From Azolla caroliniana (lineage: Eukaryota > Plantae > Polypodiophyta): 64,000 nt of DNA. The position numbers and the translations under genes are program-made. The stretch spans positions 9,114,001 through 9,178,000 of the forward strand of contig JBHGNT010000020.1 in assembly GCA_043228905.1 (NCBI GenBank). Reading direction: 5' to 3'. This document shows, in pieces, positions 45,738 to 57,333 of this stretch (within the stretch, counting starts at the first letter, position 1; every line of letters starts with the position of its first letter). The notes under the pieces were generated by a model. That model ran no database searches and was not told the DNA's origin. It worked only from the letters and a program-made list of their open reading frames with translations.

Positions 45738-46176
45738 ACATTTGTATGGATCATTATGCATTGTAAGTGGACAAAACAAATCACAAATAATAATGACTAC
45801 ACATGAATAATGATAGAATTACCAACTTGCATAATATGCAGAATATCCATACAAATGTATCTTAGATCTTCTTAAATCATGTCACTTAAATTCAATTGCA
45901 CATAAAACATTCCATAATATATATATTTCTTAATATAATATTTGAGTTTATTTTAATATCATGAAACAATTTCTTCACGACAACGTTTGTATGGATCAAT
46001 ATGCATTGTAAGTCAACAAAATAAATCACAAATAATCATGACTACACATGAATAATGATAGAATTACTCACTTGCATAATATGCAGAATATCCATACAAA
46101 TGTACCTTAGATCTTCCCAAATCATGTCACTTAAATTCAATTGCACATAAAACATCCCATAATATATATATTTCTT
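45684..46176. repeat. 245-bp tandem duplication spanning the LTR end and LINE flank
   Basis: CTTAATATAATATTTGAG at 45684 and 45929, with matching sequence following each. Confidence 0.92.
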
Positions 46177-46755
46177 ATGAGTAGAAGATTCCCCTCACAC
46201 ATTTCATGATACCATTTTCGTTTAATACCTCTCATAAGAACTTGCTCTTTACGAGCAAGCATATGCATAAATGTATTAACTACTTGTTCAAGAACCGCAT
46301 AAGGATTTGTATGTACTACATCCCCTCCATTACATGAAGAAAGTTGTTGTCTAGCCCCACAGGTACAAAATCCTTGATTAAATCAAGGTTGCACCACCCT
46401 TCATGAAGAATCAAACTTTAAATAATTAACCAACCTTTGATTTCACACTAAATGTTTTTGCCAACGATTTCTTTATGTCATCCTCCTTCATTCTCAAGTT
46501 ACCTTTTATTAATGCATTATCGGTAGTACATATTGTGTCCCTTTGTATGGCAACACCCTTCCTTTTTATCTTATTGTTGCAACTAATATTGATGCTTATT
46601 TCCTTGTCAAACTGAATTCCTCATAAGCAACAAAGAAAAGAAGCAGAAGACAAAGAAGATTAATGATGATTCGTTGAAGATTGATGGATGTGGATATCAT
46701 CTCCATTTGCTGATGTGTTTTCCCTCCTCATGGGAGAAGAAGTCTAAATGATACT

Positions 46756-47187
46756 TGTTGAGATACAAGCTCAACATTGGCCGGATCGGCTGTGCAAGCT
46801 GAGAACCGGATCGGTTGGGATCGATCGGTTAGGCTGGACCGGTGCGTAAACCGGGTGTGCAGACCGGTGCGCAACGAGAAGCCGTAGCGGTGCGTAAACC
46901 GCGAGGCCGTTGGAAAGATATTCCGCATAGGAATATATTTTGGGAGTCAGTGTAGAGCTCATTTATGAGCATTGAAGTACGTGTTAGTACTTCTGTCAAT
47001 CCGTATGGACTTGTATAAAAGTGCCCACTGAGCACATCCTATGTACAGCTTGAGTATTATTTTGAATTGAATTTCTGTGTGTTCTCTCTCTGTCTCTCCC
47101 GCGTATTGTGTATATTCAAGCTCTCCATTAAACCTGCGTATTTTCTGTGTTCGGTTTTCTACTTGCTTCCGCACGCTATTCTTTACA
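46756..47187. mobile_element. Solo LTR (432 bp) with 5-bp TSD ATACT
   Basis: ATACT|TGTTGAG...CTTTACA|ATACT; internal TATAAAA. Confidence 0.85.
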
Positions 47188-47666
47188 ATACTTGGGCGTT
47201 GACTAGAGTTACCTGAAAGGTCGGAAAGGGCTGTAAGGCCAAAAGAAATAAGTATATGGACGAAAGCTAAAAGTGTGTGTATATATATAAATAAAGCGAA
47301 GATAGGGTAAACAGACATATAGACAAAAGAGAGCAAAAGCGAGAGCCATGTGAGAAGATCCTGTAGGTGTAGTGGCATCTAAGTTTAACCTGTTCTGATC
47401 GACGATCATACAAACTCTAAGTGGGCACAATTGGATTGTGGGTTCCTATCCTCCAAATCAGGTTCTAATGCTCTAAGTTTCTTGTTTTTTTTAGTTTTTC
47501 AATCCACCTTGTTGGATGAAGACAGTTGCCAAGGTTGTTGCCTTGATGCTTGGGTATTCCTCTAGTGGTATCTAGGGAGGTTGTACCCACTTGTACATTG
47601 AGTTATAGTGAAGTTTTGGTACCCAAAGGGTCCCATGGTTTTTCCTTGATTTGGGGTTTTCTACGT

Positions 47667-48184
47667 TGTCGTGAAGATTTCCGGCTATAGTGTGAAACCA
47701 GGGTGGAATGTGCAAATCGGTGGTGTGCAACATGTGCACGTGTATACTAGGAAATGGTGTGTAGAAAGAAGAGGGGAATTTTATCCCACATTGTAAGGTT
47801 CCTCCCTCCTTGGGCTATAAAAGGAAGGGAGGGGTCACTTATGAGGGGTTGCCTATTTTTGAGGGAGAGAGGCATACCACTTAGGTCGAGGGTTTCCTAT
47901 TCGGTTTTAGGGTTTCGGTTAGGGTTTTCTTCTTGGGTTTTCCTTTAGGGTTTTCTCATAGTCGTTTGGTGCGGCCATGGCGGCCACCATCGTAAAGCGT
48001 TTATGTTTCCTTAAGCTAACTTGTTGAGCATCTTGCCCCGTCTATTCTATGTTATTGTCTTATTCTTTCTCACCTCCTCTTGAGCTAAGCTTCCATTTTG
48101 TGTCTTATTCTTTCTCCTCTACTCCCTAGTCCAAGACCCCCGTGGTCCCGCCCCTTCTACACGCACGCACGTAACAACGCGACA
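47667..48184 (+). mobile_element. Solo LTR (518 bp) with 4-bp TSD ACGT
   Basis: ACGT|TGTCG...CGACA|ACGT; removing it restores a copia-LTR-like motif GGGGTTTTCTACGTAGAATT. Confidence 0.85.
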
Positions 48185-49367
48185 ACGTAGAATTCTCATG
48201 TGTTTTTCTTAGTACTGTTTCCTATCGTATTGTCCACTACATGTAGCTTGCCCATCATATCCTGTCACTGGTTGTGGACAGATTCAGATTCATCTCATAA
48301 CAAACTCGTATTAGAGCGATAGGTTCCGATGGATGGGAAGAGTAATAGCTTTAAGGGAATGATAGTATTGAACTCGAATAATTATTCAGATTGGAAAATT
48401 AAGATGGAGGATCTCTTGATTGTGAGAGATTTGTATGAGCTGATTGATAGAAAGAAAATACCAATGGGGGTAGTAGAATTTGGGTGTAAGATTCTTCATA
48501 GAAAAGTTGTAGCAATGATGAGACAATTCGTTGATGTGAGTATACTTCATGTTGCCAATGACATGTATGCCTATGCATTGTGGCATAAGCTTGTTGGCAT
48601 GCCCTTAACAAGGCGTCATTGATGAGAAAACTTGTGAGTTTGAAGTACTCAGTTGGTGAGAGCATTGTGGTGCACACTAATACTTTTATGGGCTTGGAGA
48701 AACAGTTAGCCTCAGCCAAGATGCCATTAGATGATGAATTGTAGGCCATGTTGTTACTTTCCTCCCCACTAGACAATTGTGAAAGTCATGTTGTGTCACT
48801 AAATAATTCTTGTCAAGAGGACATGTTGTCTTTAGAGGTTGTAAAAACAAACCTTCTAAATGAAGAAACAATAAGAAAAGAAATGGGTGCCTCGTCTCAA
48901 TCAGAAGCTGCAAATTTGGTACAAGATTCTAGTAGAGGAAGGAGCAAGTAGAAGGGTTCTCAGAACCAAGACAAGTGCAAAGGGAGATCAAAGTCTAGAG
49001 GAAAACTCCAGAGGAAAACTCACGTGCTTCGATTGTGGGGAACCGGGCCACTTCCAAAAGAATTGCTTAAATTTCAAGAGGGACAAGGGAAATGATGATA
49101 GGATAGAGTAGAGAAAAACTTTAGAAGAGAAAAATACCTGTCAAGAACAGTACTAAGACAGACAGAGAGGGAATTAGTACTAAAAGATGCGAATTAGTAC
49201 TAAGAGAGAGAAAAGGGTGTAGAACTCACAAGAGAAGGAGAGAGAGAGAGAAAGAGAAGAGAGAATGATGATAACAAAAGATATATTATTGTAAAGAATC
49301 AAGAGATGGATTCTTGTGAAGCGAAATAGGTGTGAACTCTATGTGTGTGTGTGTGTGTATGAGATAG

Positions 49368-49420
<53 letters not shown>

Positions 49421-51715
49421 ACGCAAGGTTAAGTATATTAGCAAAGGAGAAAGACTCAACACTATACAAGGTGGGAGGAGGGTGCTTTATGTAGTCACCC
49501 TCTCTCTTCATTAACTACAAGGCTCATGGAGCATGGGGAATGTGAAAGCTCATAAGTTATGTGTCATAGAATATGATTCTATGACTCATACTAAATGCTA
49601 GAATACAAAGAGGTGACTTAATGGTGACTCTTGACCGTTGGAGTGTCTATTCGCTCTCAAGGTGAGTTCACACACTAGACCAAGTTGAGCTTGATTCTCA
49701 ACACGCCCCCTCAAGCTCAAGTCGGGTCGGTTTCAGACGGTATCCGAAATCCGCTTCGACTCGCATTCCGGAGTCCGCGTCGACTCGTGTCGACTCGCTT
49801 TATGCGGAGTTGCGGAATCCATGCTCCAGCTTGCGTTGTGCGTAGTTGCGAAGTCTATGCTTCAACTTGCGTCTTTCTTCGCGGCTTCGTTGCGTGGTTG
49901 CGTAATCCACGCGTTCTTGCGGGATCCACGCGTTATGCGTAATGTCTTCAGGACTCCCCCTCAAGCTTGGCAGGTCAGGGATCGTCAACCGAGATCGGTC
50001 ATGAATTGCCATAGCTTGTCGGCTCCTAAGGCTTTAGTGAAGATGTCAACCGTTTGAAGATTTGTGCTAATGTGTTGTAGGTCGACATCGCCAGCTAGAA
50101 TGCGCTCTCGGATGAAGTGATAATGCACTTCGATGTGCTTTGTCCGCGCGTGGAACACCGGGTTCCGAGCTAGATAGATACTGCTCATGTTGTCGAAGTA
50201 AAGGGAAGTCGGATCCTTGATGGGTACGCCCAGATCCTTCAAAATCCTCTTGAGCCATACGGCTTCACACGTAGCTACGACTGCACCCTTGTATTCCGCC
50301 TCCGTACTCGAAAGAGCGATGGTAGGCTGCTTCTTGCTACTCCAAGGTATTGCTCCGCTACCGAAGGAGAAAACAAATCCGGAGGTTGATCTTCTATCAG
50401 CTTTGTAGCCGGCCCAATCGGCGTCTGTGTACCCCTCGAGTCGTATTGGCATCGCGGTCTTGTAGAGGATGCCGCAATCCATTGTGCCGCTCACGTAGCG
50501 TAGAACTCGCTTAGCGCAATCCAAGTGATTATCACACAGTGTTTGCATGAATTTGCTAAGGAGACCGACCAGATAACTGAGATCGGGTCGAGTGATTGTG
50601 AGGTAGATGAGACTCCCGATGAGTTGCCGATACTGAGTCTGCTCACATGCTTTGGTGCCGGAGTTCGCATCCAGTTTGAGATTGCGATCGAGCGGGGTTG
50701 CTGCGGATTTGCACTCAGCCATACCGAACTTGTATAACAAGTTGAGGATGTAGTGCCGTTGAGAGATCATGATTCCGGCCGGAGTCCAAATTACCTCGAT
50801 GCCGGGGAAGTAGTGGAGCTCCTTCATGTCCGTCATCTCGAACTTGTCGGAAAGGAGGGATTTGACCTTATTGATTTTGACGAGATGCTCACCTCCAATG
50901 ACTAGGTCATCACATATAAGATGATGACGATCGGACTTGTGGAATCGCTTCGTATGTAGAGGGAGTTGTCCGATTTTGACATACGGAAGCCGATTTGATG
51001 AAGATAGTGCGTTATCTTCGAATGCCAAGCACGCGGTGCTTGCTTGAGGCCGTAGAGGGGCTTCTTGAGTCGGCATACAGCTTTCGGATGGGTGCTTGAG
51101 TTGAAGCCGGGTGGTTGTATCATGTACACCTACTCTTCTAATTCGCCTTGTAGAAAGGCGTTCTTGACGTCCATTTGATGGAGGTGCCACCCTTTCGCCG
51201 CGGCAAGCGCAATTAAGGTCCGCATCGTCGTCATCTTCGCCACTGGGGCAAAGGTCTCCTCGTAGTCAACTCCGTGAGTTTGAGCGTAGCCTTTCGCTAC
51301 GAGTTGCGCTTTGTAGCGGTTGACGGAACCGTCGGCGTTGTACTTCACTTTGTAAATCCATTTGCATCTGATCGCCTTTTTGTGTGGTGAGGTGGGAACG
51401 AGATCCCACGTCTCGTTCTTGCGTAAGGCCTGCATCTCCTCGTTCATGGCTTCGATCCATCGCGGATCCTTGGCTTCTTCGGAGAATGTTTCCGGCTTGC
51501 GTACTATCGCCACCTTCATCATAAAAGCATAGTGATATGCCATGTAGTCGTTGTAGCCGAATCGGCTACCCGGATTCTTTTCACGGGTGGAGCGACGGAG
51601 CTTTTCATTTGGAGAGATGAGGGCTTTCTTAGCTCCGATTGGAATATCGAAGCCGCCGAACTCACTGTCGAGTGAGTGAGTTGATGCATCGTCGTCGAAG
51701 TGATCTTCTGCATAT

Positions 51716-54700
51716 TGTCGTGGAATACGCAGAATAATCTCCGGCGACAACCGAAGGGTAAATCACTTAATACAATCGAACACAGAAGAAATGGGAATGG
51801 AGGTAAGTGCACGAACAAACAAAAGAGAATACACAGGATATTAACGTGGAAAACCGTGAGAGGGAAAAACCACGGGAGTCGATAGACTCCAAACTATCAC
51901 TATGTAAAGTAATACAACAGGGAGCACAGAGGCAACAACCTCTTGCTCACAATCTTCGCCTCGTGGCGGTTACAACTGAGACACAATCTCTGTATGTCGC
52001 TGTCTTTCTCTCTCTTACGCACTGTACAGAGGTTACACCAATAACTCTATCATCATAGTTATTAAGTTTGCCCTAGGTCATATTTATACTAATATGACTT
52101 TCGGGCTATTTACAAATATAGCCCCAGTGGGCTCTCTGGAACATATTTACATATATGTCCCTTCCATCCAATGAGAGGTTCTCACAGGGCCTGCAACATC
52201 CGGTTCTCACCGGGTCTTCTGTTGCCGGGTACTCCACATCCGGTTCTCACTGGGTCTTGCGTTGTTGTGTACGCTACATCCGGTTCTCACCGGATCTTCC
52301 GTTGCCGGGTACGCCACATCCGGTTCTCACCGGGTCTTCCGTTGCTGGGTACGCCACATCCGGTTCTCACCGGGTCTTCTGTTGCCGGGTACGCCACATC
52401 CGGTTCTCACTGGGTCTTCCGTTGCCGGGTACTCCACATCCGGATTCGGCCGAGTTGCTCATCAACACGGGTCTTCTCACTTCCCATCCGGAGGGACTTG
52501 TTTCCTAACAAACTCCCCCTTCACTCCGGCATGGGATGTCTTACTAGTCCGATCCGCTTCCGAAATGCATCCAGCTTGTCAGGTCTTAGTACTTTGGTCA
52601 ACATATTTGACCCGTTCTCGGCCGTGTGGATCTTCGTCAACGCGAACTCTCGATCTTCTACTCGCTCCTGGATACAGTGATACCTACGCTGGATATGCTT
52701 CGTCCTGGAATGGTACGCTGCATTCTTGGCAAGGTGGATGGCACTTTGACTCTCGCAATAGAGTCGGTATTCCTCTTGCCGGATACCGAGCTCACTGATG
52801 AAGTCCTTCATCCATAATATTTTCTTGCTGGCTTCCACAACCGTACTCCACCTCCGTGGTTGACAACGCAACCATCTTCTACAGCCTCGACTGCCACGAA
52901 ACAACTCCCCTTGCATATGTCATTACATACCCGGATGTAGACCGGTTGGTATCCACATCAGCTGACATGTTTGAATCGGGAAAACCGTCAAGTTGAGGTT
53001 TACCGGAGCCGAATCGGAGACACATATTCGAAGTGCCCTTCAAGTACTGGAGTATCCATTTGACCGCGTTCCAGTGCTCCTTGCCGGGATTGCTCATAAA
53101 CCGGCTCACCAGTCCGACTGCGTATCCAATATCCGGTCGAGTACACACCATTGTGTACATTAAGCTCCCGACGGCAGAGGAATATGGCACCTTCATCATA
53201 TCCGCCTTCTCTGCTTTCGTCTTTGGGCTTTGCTTACCGGATAATCTGCAGTTTGCCGGAAGTGTCGATCCGACCGGTTTCGCGTCTGACATGTTGAACG
53301 GCTGAAGCACCTTTGTCACGTACTTCTCCTCTGACAACCACAATTGCTTCTTTGGCCGGTCCTGGATGATATACATCCCCAACATCTGTCTTGCCGGACC
53401 CAAGTCTTTCATTGCGAAAGTTCGGTTGAGAGCCTTCTTCAGCATCCGTATTTTGGCTTGGTCCCGTCCGACGATCAACATGTCGTCCACGTACAGAAGG
53501 AGTATCAGGAAGTCGCCTCCTTCGAACTTCTTCACAAACACGCAGTGATTGGCTTGCGTCTTGTGGTACCCTTGATCGGTCATGAAGGAGTCGAACTTCT
53601 GGTACCATTGTCGGGGAGCTTGCTTCAGTCCATACAAGCTCTTCTTCAACCGGCAAACCAAGTGCTCCTTCCCTTTCTCCAAGAATCCTTCCGGTTGCTG
53701 CATGTAGATCTCCTCTTCGAGGTCACCGTGAAGGAATGCCGTCTTCATGTCCAACTGCTCTACCTCGAGGTCCATGCCAGAGACACAAGAAAAAACTTGA
53801 ATTATGAGGTATGGGTCCCTACATCACATCAACCATCATGAAGACATGTGAGTGCACGTTGCGAACACTAGACAAGTGTGTGGTTCCTTACATGATACCC
53901 ATGCGCAAAGTTTTCGAATCGGCCTACTCTACTTAGCACCGTCCGGATGGAGGTCATCTTTACTACTGGGGAAAATATCTCATCGAAGTCCACGCCCTTC
54001 TTCTGTTGGAACCCTTTCACCACGATCCTGGCTTTGTATCTTGGGGGGTTGCCGGCATCTCCCGGTTTAACTTGTACACCCACTTGTTTCGAAGTGCCCG
54101 CTTTCCCTTCGGCAACTCCACCAATTCGTACGTATGGTTCTCATGCAGGGAATCCATCTCATCCTGCATGGCACTTAACCATTTGCGGCTATGGGCATCA
54201 CTTTTAGCTTCCTCGAAGCTTTCTGGCTCCCCCTCATTGGTTAGCAGCACATGCTCTGCATCTGCAAATCTCTGGGGGGCCCTTCTCTCTCTGAGAGGAT
54301 ATCTCTGTCTTTGGCTTTCGGCAACTGGCTCCTCTATTTGTTCTTCATCCGAATCCGATTCGGGGTCTTGGCCAGTTCCGGTTTCACCTATTCCTTCTTC
54401 TTCAGCCTGTCTTGTCTCCTTACCGTCACCGGCCGGTTCATCGAGTGCTAACCGGTCTCTTGCCGGTTGGGTCTGCTCATCGTAGAATTGATCCTTACTG
54501 GTCGACTCGGAGTTCATTATCTTCTTCTCTGACTCCCAGTCGGCGAGCATCTTGTCCTCCATGAAGATAATATCTCGACTCCGAATACCTTCTTGTCGGC
54601 CAGGTCCTACACTCGGTAGCCGAACTCATTGTCGCCGTAATCGAGGAATATGCATGGCCGAGTCTTCGGATCTAATTTTTCTCTCTGGTCCTTAGCTACA

Positions 54701-57333
54701 TGCACATACGCAAGACACCCGAATACCTTCAGATACCCGTAGGACACTTCCTTACCGGTCCAGACTCTCTGTGGTGTGTCTCCGTCCAAGGGTAATGAGG
54801 GTGATCTGTTTATCACATATGTTGCCGTCAACAGTGCCTCAGCCCAAAACTTCTTGGGTAATTTTGCATGCGCCAGCAAATACTCCGGACCCTCTCCATT
54901 ATGGTCCGGTTCATCCTCTCGACCAGCCCGTTTAGTTCTGACGTCTTCGGCACGGTAAATTCGTGCCGGATTCCCTTTGAGCGGCAGTACTCCTCGAACT
55001 GTCCCCGGTATTCTCCTCCGTTATCTGCTCGAACCGCCTTCAGCTTCCGGCCGGTTTCTCTTTCCACTCTCGCGTGGAGTTCTTTGAAGACGGATAGCAC
55101 CTGATCCTTCGTCTTCAATGGTGTGGCCCACAACTTCCGATTGTGGTCATCTATGAACGTCACGAAGTACTGCGATCCGGCATGTGACTTCGTGTCCACT
55201 TCACACACATCAGTATGCACCAACTCCAGTGGTGCATTACGTCTCATCGGTGGCCTTGGTCGGAAGGAGGTCCGGTTTTGCTTACCGGCCAGACAATCAG
55301 TGCACTTCTCCAAGTGCACGTTCTTCACTGGAATGAGGTTGTCGTCTGCAAGCCTCTTCATCCCCTTCTCACTCATGTGACACAACCTCTTGTGCCACAG
55401 CTCACCGGCAGTGTCGGAAGCCATGTTCACTTCTTCCGGGCATAACCGGGCATTCATCAGGTACAACATGTTGACCTTCCGGATCAGGCTCCCTTTGCTG
55501 AATTTCATGACTCCGTTCTGGATGCTACCCTTGTAGCCTTCATCATCTAGCCGACCGGCCGATATCAGGTTCAGTCGGACCTCCAGAATGTGTCGGACAT
55601 CCTTTAGGAACAACTTGCATCCGGTTGGGGTTGTCAACCACACGTCTCCTATGCCGACAATTCGGCATGTACCTTCATTCCCCATCCGGACACAACTGTG
55701 ATCACCAGCTGTGTAGGATGAGAAGTATTTATGGTCCGGGGTAAGGTGGAACGACGCTCCGGAATCAACTACCCAGGTCATTTCATCGCTGGCAAGGTTT
55801 AGCTCACTCTCCTCGGTGATGAGCATCAACTCTTCTTCACTTGCCGCGATTGCCGTCATTCCCTTCTGGTCCGGCCCCTCTGGTCTTTATCGTTCCGGTC
55901 CGGTGTCCGCTTCGAATTGGTGCCATCGGTTTCCTTGTCTTTTCGGAAGTGCCGACAGTTTTTCTGGAAGTGTCCCGGCTTGCCGCAATAGAAGCAAGTA
56001 GGCCTCCCCCTTGACTTCGATCGTGTCCCCGACTTCTCTAGGTTCTGGGGACTACGGTTCCTTTGTCTTCTGCGTTCCGATTTGGTGAGGAGCGCTTTGG
56101 AGTCGGAGCTCGTATCCTTATCTTTCCGACGCGCCTCCTCATCTAGCAAGCTTGATTTCACTCTTGCTAGGGATAACCGTTTCGCTTCCGGCCCGGCGTT
56201 GCCCAAAGTGACAACCAACGTCTCCCAGCTATTTGGGAGGGAACCGAGCAGGAGTAGTGTTAGTACCTCATCAGCTAGAGGTACTTCCAATGATGTTGCC
56301 TGGTGAATCAGCCCCTGGAAGGCATTCATGTGCTCCACCATGCTGGAGCCATCTTGGTACCGAAGTCTTACTAGCTTCCAAAATACTGAAACCTGATTAA
56401 CAACATTTTTGTTTTGAAACATAATGCCGATCTTCTCCTAGAGCTCATGAGCCTTGCTCTCTTCATTGAAGTTGTTGTATAGAATCATGTCAATGAAGCA
56501 CCGTATGTACGCCGTTGTCTTCATGTGCATCACCTCCCATATCGTGGCATCGATTTTGTCCGATCTCTTGTCCCCGAACTGAACCGGCAACCAAAGATCT
56601 TTAACCACGAGCATGTCCCTCATCTTCGACTTCCACACGGAATAGTTGGAGCCGGTGAGCTTGAACATGCCTCCCAACGAATCATCCATTTTTCTGTGTC
56701 GTTTTGCTCTGATACCAATTTGTCGTGGAATACGCGGTATAATCTCCGGCGACAACCGAAGGTTAAATCACTTGATACAATCGAACACAGAAGAAATGGG
56801 AATGGAGGTAAGTGCACGAACAAACAAAAGAGAATACATAGGATATTAACGTGGAAAACCCTGAGAGGGAAAAACCACGAGAGTCGACAGACTCCAAACT
56901 ATCACTATGTAAAGTAATACAACAGGGAGCACAGAGGCAACGACCTCTTGCTCACAATCTTCGCCTCGCGGTGGTTACAACAGAGACACAATCTCTGTAT
57001 GTCGCTCTCTCTCTCTCTCTCTCTTACGCACTGTACAGAGGTTACACCAATAACTCTATCATCATAGTTATTAAGTTTGCTCTAGGTCATATTTATACTA
57101 ATATGACTTTCGGGCTATTTACAAATATAGCCCTAGTGAGCTCTCTGGAACATATTTACATATATGTCCCTTCCATCCGATGAGAGGTTCTCACCGGGCC
57201 TGCAACATCCGGTTCTCACCGGGTCTTCTGTTGCCGGGTACGCCACATCCGGTTCTCACGGGGTCTTCTGTTGCCGGGTACTCCACATATGGATTCTTCT
57301 CACTTCCCATCCGGAGGGACCTGTTTCCTAACA
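51716..57333 (-). mobile_element. Full-length degenerate Ty1/copia element E (Tnt1/Tork-like) nested in D
   Basis: LTRs 51716-52510 and 56721-57333; TSD CATAT/CGTAT; Met-i PBS 56706-17; PPT complement AACTCCCCCT 52511-20; gag, 'WVVDSGASFH', 'RADNGGEY', YVDDML. Confidence 0.95.
52196..52445. repeat. 40-bp tandem repeat in LTR: 6 copies plus a partial one (2 plus partial in the partner LTR, 57205-57296)
   Basis: ACATCCGGTTCTCACCGGGTCTTCTGTTGCCGGGTACGCC units every 40 bp. Confidence 0.93.

Larger units (their letters stand above)
40600..46450 (-). mobile_element. Decayed L1-type LINE (endonuclease-RT), split by a gypsy insertion at 42105-45737
   Basis: Minus-strand remnants: KMVS*NV*G (~46200; cf. 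SWNVRG), LLMYDFN (~41980; cf. GDFN), ILDQMY (cf. RLDR), QYGFIEGR and QLDIEKA (~40985-41110; RT). Ends approximate. Confidence 0.75.
46708..49138 (+). mobile_element. 5' part of an old Ty1/copia element F (LTR, PBS, decayed gag)
   Basis: LTR ends ..CATAACA at 48302; decayed Met-i PBS TCGTATTAGAGC 48306-17; gag 'LNSNNYSDWKIKMEDLL' and Zn knuckle CFDCGEPGHFQKNC. LTR start is uncertain. Confidence 0.75.

Noticed and set aside
52155-52798. Repetitive ORFs in all three plus frames
   Set aside because: Produced by the stop-free 40-bp LTR repeat.
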